In this document: piece after piece, positions 1 through 16,399 of the stretch | Numbering within the stretch: the stretch's first letter is position 1 | Layout of the letters: every line of letters begins with the position of its first letter | Translations under genes and position numbers: made by a program | Assembly: GCA_951406725.2 (NCBI GenBank) | Contig: OX597824.1 | Coordinates: 98,146,001-98,210,000, forward strand | Source: Octopus vulgaris | Lineage: Eukaryota | Direction: 5' to 3' | Length of the DNA stretch: 64,000 bases | The notes under the pieces: generated by a model | Told to the model about the DNA's origin: nothing | The model's input: only the letters and a program-made list of their open reading frames with translations | The model's database searches: none

Positions 1-364
1 CCATGTGGCTAAGTCATACATGAACCATTGGAATTCCATTCCGGGTGATCAGTTTGAATGCCACGTCTGTCAAGAAGAAGCCTGCAAGTCGTGCCGAGGA
101 CAGAAGCGAACACTCGAACGTTTATAATAAAGATTGAAGACGATAACAGAGCCAAGGCTGAAATGAGACATTGCGGCAGTAAAGGGGATCAGATCGTCAA
201 ACATTTTTCAGGGCTCAAAAGTCAATAAAGATCTCACACAAGGAAAGAGCAATAACAGACACAAGAAGGGGTCAAGTTCTGCAAGGAGCAGACATACCCT
301 GATTAGGAATTAATAACTTTACCTTTACGGTTATTTTATGCTTGCTAACCACTTATTCTTCTTC

Positions 365-605
365 TTATTATTATTATTATTATTATTATTATTGAGTGAG
401 AGAGCAGTGCATGCCATCAAAGTGACACTGGGGTAAAATATACGAAGCCCAGTATACCCATCATGACTACCCGTCTCATAAGGGTACACCAGGCACATGC
501 ATCACAACCATATGTGCGCGACATGGTGATCTCATATCAAGATAAATAGCGCATAACCTTGCAGGTGAGGCCCAGTTAGAATTTTCTTCTGGTCGAGTTG
601 CCATC
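365..605 (-). repeat. Probable 3' end of a non-LTR retroelement with an (AAT)n tail
   Basis: (TTA)n tract at 365-393 abuts a unique ~210 bp block, the usual layout of a reverse-oriented 5'-truncated retroposon. No coding motif was recognised. Confidence 0.3.
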
Positions 606-1689
606 TGGGATAATTTTAGTAACAAATAAAACAGGTAAGATGCATTAAGAATTTCAATTTTAGTGTTTATCCATAATGTTATTGCTTTTACACCTGTTAA
701 TTAAATTTACCTGCCTATAAAAGTCAAATTTATTCAGCAAGATCAGCTAAAATTGCATAACAATAAACCAGTGGTACATAAAGGACCCACTGACAAATTT
801 CAAATCTGTAAGTAAAAAACTTACAAAGTTACAAGCAAATATTGTGGATTCCCTTCTTGAACCTGAATAATTCAAAATAATGTGAACAAATAAACTTTAC
901 ATTTGACAGATTTGAACACTAAAGATGTTTGAGGTGTTTTTTTTCTTACACACTCACATAACACGGTCTCCCTCGGTTGGGACTACACGTGTGTTATTTT
1001 GACATCATCGATCCCTAAAATTTGTTTATGGGGAGGAAAATATTGAAAAATATCAATAGATGTGTGAGTGAGAAAGGAACAAGGAGGGAGGTTTGGGAAT
1101 GTGCTAGATACAACAGCCAGATCGCCCTTAAATTACACATTTTCCTCTGAAATTATTAACATATTTTTCTTAAACCGAAAATGTTCCTCTCACGGGTTTT
1201 AAGTGCGTAGTGAAAAAAAAACAAATGACCAAAATCGTTTCGGACTGGGATGGTGGGGAGGAGGTGTAAGTGAAATATGCCTCCCATCATTCTGAAGATT
1301 TTGGTAAAAAAAATATTGGAATAAGTCTTCGTCAAAACGGAGAAATTCCAACTTATGTTGTCCAGAAACTCCTCCCCCAACCCCCTCCATAATTTTGCCT
1401 ACAAATTTCTTTTTAATCAAAATCTACACCGTTTGAAAGGCATTTCTATAAAATTCCATTAAAAAATACCTGTTTTCCAGAAAGTTATGAGGGGGAAAAT
1501 GTTAGGTCCTGTGAATTTTCCGAAACTTCTCAATCCCTCGGAAATTTTTTCAACAAATCTTTCAATACACTCAATCTACCGGATATAAGCGATTATTTGG
1601 TGAAAGTTTCGTTAAAAGATATCCATTTTTCTGCAAGTTAAGAGGCAACAAAGTCGGTCGGGTATCAAACTGTAGAGATGCCATTTTCA

Positions 1690-1834
1690 ATAAAACGTTA
1701 ACGTTAACGGATTCACGTTAACTTCCGTTACAATTTCAAAGAATTAACGGATTAATGATTAACGAAGTTAACTCTTTGGTTAACGGATTAACGATTAACG
1801 GAGTTAACTTTTCGACAAACGGTGCGCACCTCTG
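1690..1834 (-). mobile_element. Possible hAT-type DNA transposon terminus with subterminal TTAACG/GTTAAC repeats
   Basis: Minus strand starts CAGAGGTG (Tol2/hAT-like TIR start) and is followed by about 10 short TTAAC(G) motifs. No matching second TIR was identified. Confidence 0.4.
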
Positions 1835-2409
<575 letters not shown>

Positions 2410-2412
2410 ATA

Positions 2413-2448
<36 letters not shown>

Positions 2449-2589
2449 TGTATGTATATGAGTATATACATATACATACACACACACATGTATAATAATG
2501 TATACATATATACATATATGTGAATATATATGTGTGTGTGTAGTGTGTGTGTGTGTGTGTGTGTATGTGTGTGTATGTGTGGTACCAGA

Positions 2590-2900
2590 ATCAGTTAAGT
2601 CATTTTCAAGTCAAGCTTTGTGGTATCATATCCCATTCAAGTAGAGAGTCGTTGACAGAGACTGTGTCCAGGTATGGGTGACTTCGACAGAATCTCTTGA
2701 AGAAATTTGTCCAGGTAATGTTTGAAGGTGATGGAATATTATTCACCGTTGATTTATTTTGGGATAAGTTTAAATAGAGAAGGGCCTGTTGAGGAGAAGA
2801 AATTATTTCAGGGAATTTGTAAAGATATTTCAGGTTTCCTAACTCATCTACACAAGGAAAATACTGTTGTTTCTTGCATAAAATAGCAGCCTAAAAACAA
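2590..2900 (-). mobile_element. Degraded 3' fragment of a CR1/Jockey-group LINE
   Basis: Minus strand reads [12 protein letters not shown] and matches 20540-20575 ([12 protein letters not shown]) of the LINE cluster. Confidence 0.6.
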
Positions 2901-3023
2901 TTGCCCTCAATGAAAGGAAGTCACATCAAAGCAAAAATATATATATATATAGGAAGGGAGATAAATCTCACAGATGGTTATTTGTGTTCACTCCCCTATC
3001 AGCTTCCCTACTTATTAACGTTT

Positions 3024-3060
<37 letters not shown>

Positions 3061-3097
3061 TGCATGTATATAGTTTACATACATACATACATAACTC

Positions 3098-3509
3098 TCT
3101 CTTTTACTCTTTTACTTGTTTCAGTCATTTGACTGCGGCCATGCTGGAGCACCACCTTTAGTCGAGCAAATCGACCCCGGGACTTATTCTTTGTAAGCCC
3201 AGTACTTATTCTATCAGTCCCTTTTGCCGAACCACTAAGTAACGGGGACGTAAACACACCGGCATCGGTTGTCAAGCAATGCTAGGGGGACAAACACAGA
3301 CACACACACACATATATATATACATATATATATATATACATATATACGACAGGCTTCTTTCAGTTTCTGTCTACCAAATCCACTCACAAGGCATTGGTCG
3401 GCCCGGGGCTATAGCAGATGACACTTGCCCAAAGTGCCATGCAGTGGGACTGAACCCGGAACCATGTGGTTGGTTAGCAAGCTACTTACCACACAGCCAC
3501 TCCTGCGCC
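3098..3509 (-). mobile_element. tRNA-derived SINE, family A, full length
   Basis: Reverse complement of 1981-2409 along its length, including head and tail. Confidence 0.9.
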
Positions 3510-3529
3510 TATAACTGAACTTTTTTTCT

Positions 3530-3745
3530 CTTTATCTTTACTAGTTTCAGTTATTGGAGTGCGGCCATGCTGGGGCACCGGCTTGAAGAGTTTTAATCGC
3601 ATGACTCGACCCCAGGACTATTTTTTTACTTTTTTAATCTTGGTATTTATTCTATCGGACACTTGTGTCGAACCGCTATATTACGGAGACGAAAACAAAC
3701 CACCATCGGTTGTCAAGCAATTGTAGGGGGATAAACACAAGCACA
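3530..3745 (-). mobile_element. SINE family A, diverged 3' half
   Basis: Contains GCGGCCATGCTGGGGCACC, CGAACCGCTA and CATCGGTTGTCAAGCAA blocks shared with the full copies. Confidence 0.75.
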
Positions 3746-3749
3746 AAGA

Positions 3750-4016
3750 CACACGCACACATACACAAACACACACACATACATACATTCATACACACAT
3801 ACATACATACATACATACATACACACATACATACATACATACATACATACATACATACACACATACAAACATTCATACATACATACATACATACATACAT
3901 ACATACATACATACATACATACATACGTACATACATTCATACATACATACATACACACATACACACACACATACACACATACACACACACATACACACAT
4001 ACACACACACATACAT
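3750..4016. repeat. (ACAT)n/(AC)n microsatellite
   Basis: Seen directly. Confidence 0.95.
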
Positions 4017-4084
4017 AAGGTAAACACTATAAACCAGACTAGTAACATCTCCACCAAAATGCTGACCGTTTCCCCTGTATGCGA

Positions 4085-5100
4085 CGAGAATGTTACAGGT
4101 ATCTGGGGGTGGATAAAAATATCTTACAATGGCACCTGTAGCAAAACACGTGTCACTAAAGAATATTGCATCCGAATGAACAAAATTTGAACCTCAGAAC
4201 TTTCTGCATTCAATAAAACAGTGGCCCATTGTTTTATTGAATGCAGATGGAAGGATGAGCCTGTATGAGCAGAAGACTTAGCAGAAAGCTCCGTGATGAT
4301 GGTAACATCGATCATCAAAGCAGTTTACCATGGACGAATAGCCGGATTCCTACCTCCCACTTTGAAGGGTATGCGTTTGCAATCCAGGAACAGGAAATAT
4401 CAACCACATACCTGATGCATAAAAGGGATAAAGATGCGGGAAAAGCCGTAAAATGTGATAACCGATAGAGACATTGTGGAGTTCACACCGAAGATATCAC
4501 TCACATCATAATGTCCTCACGGTATTATCTACCGATGAGAGATGACGTATTTGCTAGGACACTCTATAATGAAATCCGTCGGAAAGATAACCCCGAGGAC
4601 AAAGAAATAAAACCCCAGGATATGGTAGAAGCCATAGCCACTCATAATAAAAAAGGAATACTGGTGGAATGTACCAGTGAAAAGATCAACAAAATGTAAG
4701 CACAACAGACCTGATATAATGATTTGGGATTGAGAAGAGAAACTGTGCACAGTTGTGGAAATTAGCTGAGCAGTGGATGTTAACAAAAAGCTGAAGATTA
4801 GTGAAAAAGAGAACACCTATGATGAACTATTGATAAATCTGTAATTACTCTATCAAGATTACAGCTCATACCTGTAATTATTGGAGCCCTGGGATATGTA
4901 ACACGATGCCCAAATACCAATCTTGAGAAATTAGGTTTCTCCAAACCAGAAAGGAGAAAGCTAATTCGAAGACTTCAGATCCAATCCATCACTGGAACTG
5001 TAAAAATCTGTAAAACTTTCCAGAAGTTTATCATTTAAATAGATATGAGCAGGTCTTGCATGAGAATACATACATAAAGCAAAATATATAAATCTGCACA
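4085..5100 (+). mobile_element. Degraded R4/Dong-like non-LTR retrotransposon, 3' part with restriction-like endonuclease
   Basis: Frame-broken peptides HFEGYAFAIQEQEI, a Cys/His knuckle region (CDNR..HCG..EDITHI), KHNRPDIMIWD, VVEIS and PVIIGALG. These are RLE-domain motifs; several stops. Confidence 0.75.
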
Positions 5101-5104
5101 TACT

Positions 5105-5206
5105 TACATGCATACATACATACATACATACATACATAATACATACATACACATACATACATACATACATACATACATACATACATACATACATACATAC
5201 ATACAT

Positions 5207-5245
<39 letters not shown>

Positions 5246-5319
5246 CATACATACATACACACATACATACATACATACATACATACATACATACATACAT
5301 ACATACATACATACATACA
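5105..5319. repeat. (ACAT)n microsatellite
   Basis: Seen directly. Confidence 0.95.
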
Positions 5320-5664
5320 TTGGGTCATCCCATAAATAATGCGATATTTTCATATAGACGTGACTGCAAAGAAGCACACACATTCGCTCTCTGCGCGCGA
5401 TTAGATACGGAGAATTTGTAAGGAACCCATTGACCCAATTTTCTGACTTTTCCTATGACACACAGATGTCAATTAATGGTTGGATGACCAAACCCAAGCT
5501 TCTCTGCTAATTCCTCAGCTGTTACGATGGGATTCTGTTCCCTAAGAACAAGGTAAAATTACTACCTGCTTTTATAGCAAGTTGTTGCAGGTAGTTTATT
5601 CCGTCCCCCTCTGACTTTTGGTTCATGCAATTGAAAAAGCCGCATCATTCACGGGATGAACCAA
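5320..5664. mobile_element. Tc1/mariner-type non-autonomous element (MITE-like)
   Basis: Imperfect ~24 bp TIRs: TTGGGTCATCCCATAAATAATGCG on the left and CGCATCATTCACGGGATGAACCAA on the right, followed by TA. Confidence 0.7.
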
Positions 5665-5667
5665 TAT

Positions 5668-5722
<55 letters not shown>

Positions 5723-6155
5723 GTTTCTGATTTAGGCACAACGCCAGCAATTTTAAGAAATCAACCCCAGTGCTTGACTTGTACAATAAAATAATGGTTT
5801 CTGATTTAGGCACAAGGCCAGCAATTTTAAGAATAATAATAATTCTTAAGTAACGAGTGGATGGATTTAGAAATTAATGTTTATTTCGTACAGCGATTAA
5901 TACCAAATCCATCTTTTCGTTACTTAAAATATTGTTATTATTGTCTCAACACTGCAGAGTTCCCGAAATAGATTCAACGAAAAAATACGCCGTCCGCAGA
6001 TGACACCAGGTAACCCGAAACTGTGTCAGGGCTTTACTCAACGCTTTTAAACTCACTAATATACATATACCCGTTAGTCCAGAATAGTAAACGTGTGTGT
6101 GTGTGTGTGTGTGTGACTAAACCCGGAACCAGACGGCTGGAAAGCAAGCTTCTTT

Positions 6156-6192
<37 letters not shown>

Positions 6193-6508
6193 TGTATGTA
6201 TGTATGTATGTATGTATGTATGTATGTATGCGTGTATGTATATTCAGGCAAATTTATACACACACACACACACACACGTACATACTCACACACACGTATA
6301 CATACATACATAACAAACAAGCATATATATATTCATGTGTATGTGTGTGTGTGTAAATAGGCGTGTCCGTGTGCGAGTGTAGCGTCAGCGCGTATGTGTC
6401 TGCCAATGTGCGCATACCTGTCTGTTTGTGTGCGTGTGTGTGCGTGTGTGTGCGTGTATGTGTGTGTCTGTGTGCGTGCGTGTGTGTGTGTGTATGTGTG
6501 TGTGCGTG

Positions 6509-6539
<31 letters not shown>

Positions 6540-6616
6540 TTCCAAATTTCTTTCATTTGCTTTATGCATATCTATGGTCATCACCGGAAGCTCAATTAAC
6601 AGAAATAGACTTGACC

Positions 6617-6652
<36 letters not shown>

Positions 6653-6827
6653 TCCAGATTACGAGACTCTCATGGTCTGTACAAGTCGTCACTGCCTATC
6701 GGAGTGTACAGCATTTGTAGGTGTCCAGACACTCACTGGACAATGGACAAACTGCAATATGTCCGGACTTCCCCGTAACAGAGAGCAACCTGGTTTTTCG
6801 GCTGAATGCAAACGGCAAAACTCCGAA

Positions 6828-6867
<40 letters not shown>

Positions 6868-7444
6868 CTCTGACCGATTAAATGAGGACGTTGACTGCTA
6901 GGCTTAGCTCAGGCCTGACACGGAGGCCACACGGTAACACCTCCCTACCTCACTCTCTGCCAGGGTTGCTACGTTGTCGCGCGATATGCAAGAAATAGCT
7001 GTCAAATCACCCTCACATCACAATCAGAAATATAAAAGTGTTATGATATAGAACAAGATTCATATTCTTGGAAGTCATGACTCGGTGGTCACGACCTGAA
7101 TTGTTTCTTTATTTTTTTTTCATAGGTCACTGACCTCTCTCCGCGTACAAAAACTCACCCAATTATTAAAAAAAAAGCATTATATAAATGCGCGCGTGTG
7201 TGTATGTGTGTGTGTGTGTGTATGCGTGCGCGCATTATCTATATATATGTATATATGTACATAAATATATATGCATGTGTGTATGTATGTATTTTTGTAT
7301 ATGTATATAGGTATATATATATATGTGTATATACATATATATATACACATACGTACATATGTGTATATATATATGTGTGTGTGTGTGCGTGTGTATGTAT
7401 ATATATAAATATATATATTATATATATATATATGCATACGTGTG

Positions 7445-7496
<52 letters not shown>

Positions 7497-8017
7497 TAAT
7501 AATTTGTAAGCTTAAAGCTTAAAGTGTAATGATTAAAGAAAATAGTCTAATATTGGGGCATATAAGGAACCCCCGAAGGAAGAAAGTAGGACTTTCGTCC
7601 GTGTATATGTGTATATATTCACACGTATAAAATGTATATATGCGTGTATATATGCTGAGTGAGTGTGTATATATACATAGATATGTATATGTTTGCATGT
7701 GTGTGTGTAAAACTGTCCCACAACCATATGAGTACCCTACACGATATAGTATTCTCTCTCTTTCTTTTTCTCTTCTTCTTTCTCTCTCTCTCTCTCTTTC
7801 TCCACACACACACACACACACATACAAACTGTCCCTCCTCCCAAACAATATCTTCTTTCCGGTCCCACAACAGCAAACCCAACTACTACTTCAAAGCCTC
7901 AACACACAAACCTCAGCGTACGTTGACCTCACCTTGTACTATAACACACACACACAAACAAGCACTCTCTCTCTCTCTCCCCCTCCCTCTCTCTATCTCT
8001 CTATCTGTCTATCTATC

Positions 8018-8048
<31 letters not shown>

Positions 8049-8189
8049 TAACCAACCAACCAGCCAGCTGACCTACTATTCTGTTCGTTAATTCCTGTAT
8101 TCGTTTAATCTCTCATTCAAACTTTTCTACTCTGTTCGAAAAGGTTTCATTCGTTCTTTCTTCTCTTCTTTTGTTTTTTTTTTATCATT

Positions 8190-8245
<56 letters not shown>

Positions 8246-8549
8246 CGTGGTGGTGGTGGTGGTGGTGGTGGTGGTGGTGGTGGGTGTGTTGGTAGTGTTC
8301 TAAGTAGCTGCACCTTTCTATGTAATTTTAGCTGGAATCCTTGTTTATTTAATTATATGATTCTGTGTTAGTGTGTATAAGTCAATGTGTGTGTGTATAC
8401 ATCCATACATATATTTGTATATGTACTATATATATACACACACACACACATTTTAAAATAAACAGTCAAATATATAATTATTTATATAATGGTAAACGTG
8501 CACACTTCATAAACGCATAATAAGATACATTAGACACACATAGACACAC

Positions 8550-9840
<1,291 letters not shown>

Positions 9841-11840
9841 AATGACTGGACTCGGATGTAGCAGAGAAAGGAAGGAAAGAAAGACAGAAGTCGAGAAGTG
9901 TTGGCCACAGTAGCGACATCAGTTCCGTGTATAAGGACGGCGACCTTTGCTGTAAAAGTTCTCTCCTGTTTGTGTGTGTGCAAAAATCCTCCTCCACTTC
10001 TTCTCTCTCTGTCTCTCACTCTCTGCTTCTCACTCACTTACAGCCTTTCTCTTTTTCTCATTCTCTCTCTCTCTCTCTCTGCTTCTCACTTACAGCCTTT
10101 CTCTTTTTCTCACTCTCTCTCTCTCTCTCTCTCCAATTATGTCTTACTGTTTTGTATTAAGAACCTTAGAAAACCTTGCAAACAGGTTGGGGCAGAAGGA
10201 GGAGGAGATGAAGGGGAAAAGGTAGAGAGTGAATAGAGAGAGAGAGAGAGAGAGAGATTGAAAGCGAACGGGACAGAAAGAGAGAGATAGATGGGGACCA
10301 GAGAGAGTGAACAGGGAGGGAGAGAAAGAGGAGAAGTAGGATAATGCGGGAGTGAATGGAGGAGGTGGGGCGGTTGAACCAGATAAGGAAAGAGAGATGG
10401 AAGGAGAAATAGGATAGAGAGAGAGAGAGAGCAACAGAGTGAGAAAGAGAGAGAAATGAGAGGGACAAAGAGGAAAGTTTAGAGGTAGAGAAGAAACCAA
10501 AAGTGGTAGTGACAGAGAGAGAGGGGGGAAGATGGAAGAGAGAGAGAGAGGTTTATAAATGGACAGATACCTCCTCCTCCTCCTCCTCTTCTCCTTTAGC
10601 TGTTCCTCCCCTTCCTCCAACTCCGTCAAATTCCCTACTTTCTCTTGTAAGTTTACCTACTCCTCCTACCCCTCCTGCTCCCATCACCTCCTCCTCCCAC
10701 TCTCTTACCTTCTGTTTTCCATTGTTGTTATTTTGTTTTTTCGAAACGCAAAAACTGGATTTTTCTGTGTGAGAATATGTGTGTGTGTGTGTATGTGTAT
10801 GTATGTGTGTGTGTATGTATGTGTGTATGTATATGTGTGTATGTATGAATGAATGTATGTATGTATGTATGAATGTATGTATGTATGTGCGTCTGTATGA
10901 AGGTTTGTCTCTGAATATGGACGGGTGGATGTGCGTATGTATGTGTATGCGTAGGCATTAATGTATGTTTTCGTATATGTATGTATAAATGCATTTATGT
11001 GTACGTGTGTGTGTGTTTGCATTTGTTTTGTTTCTGTGTATCAAAATGTGTGAATATAATGTATGCGTATCAATATAAGTATGTGTGTGTGTGTGTGTGC
11101 TTGTATCAGTGTACCTGTATGTTTGTGTGCGTGTGTGTTTATAGATGTATGTGTATGCGACATTCGGTCGTCATCCACACACCACCAACATCACCGCCAC
11201 CACCAACCCCACCACTATTGTTGCTTGTCAATATCTAATCGTCTAAACAATTAATTATGCATTCAATTATTTAATTTACATATCTCTAATTAACAACTTA
11301 ATGTTTTTACTGACGTCGCTGTTCCTTGTGGGAGAGGCATCAATGCCTCCAAAACCTCATCTCTGCGGGTGAAAGGAGCAAGAGGTTTATTAAGTGATCA
11401 AATCTGCTCCAGCTTTGATAGAACTTTTACTTAGACATGCATAGTGTATCTAGGACTACATTGTTTAATGTGTATGTCTTAGGTATATGCTTTGACTACT
11501 ATACCACGTTTGTGCACGCGCGAGTGTGTGGTATCCTTCATTAAACATGAGGTTTAAATGTGAGCTACAAAAGTTTCATACTTCTGATAGTACGATAGTC
11601 GAATGCGCTTGTATAGCGTGTCGTGTCCTACCGTCCAGTGAAACTTTCTTACAACTTGCTGCTCCAACATGAAAATATTATTACACGTAAATCTCACAAG
11701 GCGACTACTCCCAAATGTAACTTCAGAAATCCGAATACTTGCCCACTCGACCAGACATACTTGGTTAGTTCAGTGATATACAAAAGCTGAGGTCACCTCA
11801 GTGCTACAGAATAACAAACACACAGACACACACACACACA

Positions 11841-11906
<66 letters not shown>

Positions 11907-14900
11907 GCAATTAAGGGTAAAACTAATTAATTACGAAGTAATCAATAAATTTCACCAAGTAGAATTCGGTATGAAAACAGGACCGTTATACGGTAAATTC
12001 TAGTAATACTAATATTAGAATATATATATATATATATGTACAACAGAAAAATACGAAGTACGAGTACATGGAATATGAACTATTTTTTCGAACAACAAAC
12101 GACACAAATGGAAAACAAGACAAGCAACATAAAGAACGACCCCCCCACCACCACCACCACCAAAAAAAAAAAAAGATTTACCAACCACCAGTCTTCTTTC
12201 CTGTACGAAGACAAGAAGAAAACCAGGAAGTTGGCTAACCTCGTCTGGGGCCATGAAGAGGCCCGCCGTTGAGCGATCCACGCTATACGTTACCTGATCA
12301 AGGAGGAGCAGGTTTTCTATAGGTGATAGAACTTATATCCTTTTTAAATCTAAGAACTCTACCAAACTGAACTTTAGAGTCGAGATCTTCACTAAATGCA
12401 AGCATCTGAATAAGTTTCTATTATTACCCTCTCCGGATTAAGAGAACATTGCCGTCTCCGGATTAGGCATACAGTCTCATAAATTTTAACATTTCCCTGT
12501 CCAATTAACCAGTCCAACCATTGTTAATTCTTGACCGACCAAAAGGACACAATTCCTTTCCCCCTTTTCTTTTGTCGTTTGTTTGTTTTTTTTTCTTTTG
12601 CCTTTTTCTCCTTTTTCTCGCTTTTTTCTCAAGAGCAATCATGTTTTATTTTAAACTTGAGAGATTCCAAGATAGTGCACGAAATACCATTGTAGAATCA
12701 GAGCCTGCCTTCATCGATTCTTTACAACATTTCACTTTTATCATAGACCGATATGTTCTACCTATATCTACTTCATACCAGCTTTGTGGGGCCTCTAATT
12801 TCTTTAACTTTGTCCCTGATTATTTCTACCTTCATGTTTTATGATGATTTATAATCTTTCGACCTATTTATTTACATTAATTATTGTTATTTTCTGATTT
12901 ATCACTAATCCATTAATTTCTCATATATTTAATCCAATTTTCCTCCCCCCCTAATCGGATCAACAACTACCAGCGTCGATCTTTACAATCTCCTGCAAGT
13001 GTTCTACCGAGGTTGCAACCTTCCCCCATACTTGGAAACTTCCAACCACTTCATAACCAGACAACTTCGCGACTCTATACGCAACAGGCTGTCGTAAAAC
13101 TCTTCTTTAATTCTTACTTCTCCCCCCCTCTCTCTCTCTCTCTTACATTCTTTGATGTCTACCACTGCCTCACTTTCACTTTTTAGAATTCACTATTTAT
13201 CTAGAACGACCGACGACTGGTGTCACGGTTACACCACTCATATTTCTCGTCTCTACATCTTCCTTTTCTCCCTCACCCTCTCCTTCTTTTCCTTATCTTT
13301 CTCTTATCGTCAGCCCTCATTTCTAGCATTTCATATTTCTTTATCTTTTATTCTATGCCAACCATTCAATGTATTTTATTAACATAACCCGTCCAGACTA
13401 ACAATCTATTTACATCTTTGTTTATATATCTTGTGATTTCTCTTCTAGTGATTTCGCTTCTAGTGATTTCGCTAGACAGTTCGCATAACTCACACATTTT
13501 ATATATGTAGACACATTTCACATAACTTCCCCCAGAAACAGATGTAAGGAACTACCCACACTTCCTTATCCATTAGTTGCGAAGTCTCCATTAGTGATCC
13601 CATGCACTTTACTTCCCTATGTGGGTTGATCCAACATGAAGGACTACTCAAATGCTCGTCTGTCTCATCAGTACGAATTACTGCATGTATTTCCTGGATC
13701 TATATCTGTCTATGCAGAGATCCCTAAGAAACATTCACCCTCTGAATTCTCGAAGTTTTCTGTTGAATCTATTTATTTCTGTTCTCACTTCTCTATAAAC
13801 ATCTCATAAATCACTTGACGAATTTTACGGACTCCAAAAAATCTGTAACCTTCAATGGCAAGTCTTTTTAGATTAAGATGAAAAAAAAAAAAATAATAAT
13901 AATCTACTTTTTGGTTCAAAAGATTTATCCGAACTCATCAATAGTGTAGGGTTTAAAGTGGAAATATCTTGCATTAAAGAGATTCGCTAACAAATAAAAG
14001 ATTTGTCAGCTGCGCACTCAAGAATCCGGTGAAATTCTTTGACTCCCAGAACTAGTCTCAACTTACTTGGTACTTTGAACATTAAAATATTTCAAACAAC
14101 TTATCTTCCCAGACAGATAATAATCCTAATGACCACAAAACCACGCAATTGTCCAGAAAACTTATACGCCTCGCTTCCACTGATTTCTATATCCTACAAT
14201 GGACGCCCTTACCCAAAGAGAAATCTCACTTTTTTTCAGTTGTTTTAATTACAACTTTGAAATTTTATAATGACCTGTAATACAAAATTATTCTATAATA
14301 ATTAACGAAACCAGAACTTCGATTGTCCCACTTATAATTATTTTTAAAAAATCATTTAATGCTTTTTATCTTACAATTTTCTTTTAAACTATCAATTTAT
14401 GAAGTTTCGCGAAGCCTTATTCATAGCAAATAGCTCATCAACCCCCTTTTTATTAAACAGATTTCACTCTCTCATGCCGAACAACTCTTCCGCAAAATAC
14501 AAACGGGTTATTTCAGCGAATCTATGTTCCACTTTCAAAATATCTTTCTTTATTCTTTTAAAAGGCATTACCGTGTGGTTTGAAGAAGAGTTAGCTTCTG
14601 TTTCTAGCAGGTCAGTTAACTGTTAGATTTTCTTATTTATATTTGATCTCTTCTTGGCAGTTTCCATATCTTAAGCTTTTCTGGCGAATACAAAGATTCG
14701 AAGATATTTATCAAAAACTTTCCATCGTTCCAATGCTTTTTGTGTATTGCAATGACTAAGTGATTCAAAACTTCGTTTGACATTCTTGTGGTTCTGGGTT
14801 CAATCCTATATCACCGCATCTTGGACATATGTCTGTCCCCTATTTGGTGGTGGCTCACTTAATCTGTCGTCCATATTAACATCCACCACTTACCCCTCTG

Positions 14901-15112
14901 TAGACTTTAGCATCCCCACCCCCTTGTTGCAATAATTCGGGGAGGAAAGGCATTCTGTCAGAAGATAACTTCTACCCTGTCCCCGTCACCAGCCTTGGAA
15001 CCCCAAAGAAAAGTTAAGGGTTCTGTCGTTCCTCCTCCGATAAACAATAATAGAATAATGTCTATCCGTTTCGCTTTGAATTTGATATCGTCTGAACGGA
15101 TGCTTATAGGAT

Positions 15113-15188
<76 letters not shown>

Positions 15189-15247
15189 TGTGTGTGTAGA
15201 TAGATTGGTAGATAAGTAAATGGACAGACAGACAGATACATGTACAT

Positions 15248-15289
<42 letters not shown>

Positions 15290-16038
15290 GTATATATATA
15301 AATGAGTGTTTTGTATACGTGACTGTACGGTGCGTGGCTTTCGCTGTGTGGTGGAGGTGGGTGAGTGAGCGAGTGTGATCGAGTCCTTGAAATGCGTTCC
15401 CCCCCCCCCCCCTGCCCTATGAAACGCCGACCGATATTGCGAAAGGTTCCACTGTTTGACGGAGCCCAGTGTCCCAGTTGTGTCGTTGTTTCTATAAACA
15501 AGGAGAGCGAGTTTTTGTCAGGACAGACTGACATTGTGTTCGTCGAGTTATCAAGGTGAAGACGAGGTCAAGGAACCCCCGAAACAATGATCGAAATAAG
15601 GGAGGGGGGACAGACGAGCGGGGACACGGTTTCAAATCTCTGGTGAATTCCTTGCGACAGAAACTCATTAAGAGATTGCGAAAGAAATAATGATAACAAT
15701 AATAATAATAATAATAATAACAATAACAATAACAATAACAATAACAATATTTTTTTATTATACTTGAAACTGGAACATAAGCCTATATATATATGTGTGT
15801 GTCTGTCTGTGTGTGTGCGCGCAGATGTAAAGATACAAATACAGACACACACACTAACACTCAATAAATACCGAAGGGAATGGAGATTATTTTCCAGTAT
15901 AAAATTTCTCAACCATGTTAATTAGCGAAAGAGAGAGAGAGAGAAAGAGAAAAGGAGGAGGAGGAGAGAGATGTCTGTACACTCTCTGTTCAGTATTCTG
16001 TGTTGGGTGGGTGGGTGTACTTGTATGCATGTATATAC

Positions 16039-16073
<35 letters not shown>

Positions 16074-16399
16074 TATGTACGTACCTACATATGTATATGT
16101 GTGTGTATATATTTATATATATATGTGTGTGAGCGTGTTTGTGGAGAGAGAGAGAGAGAGTAAAAGAGAGTAAAAGAGAGTGGGGAGAAGTTACGATGAA
16201 CACAAGCTTGTATCATTCGTTCCTACGTACGTTTCACCCTTGTGCATGTTTGGACGTCTGCAATTGGATGCTTAAGCACAACGTGTCGTCAGAGAACATT
16301 TTACAGCATTGTTCGCAAGTGGTTTAATCCCTATTTCACTGGAAGCAGACTGGACGATGACAATCTACTCTAAACGTAACAATATCAGTCATACATCCC

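Noticed and set aside
1-300. Cys motif (FECHVCQ..ACKS) suggesting a zinc finger or LINE end
   Set aside because: Too short and frame-broken to assign.
12030-14560. Possible second Penelope-like remnant on the minus strand; 12036-12145 resembles the reverse of 23040-23160
   Set aside because: A repeat relationship is visible, but RT motifs are too decayed to call.
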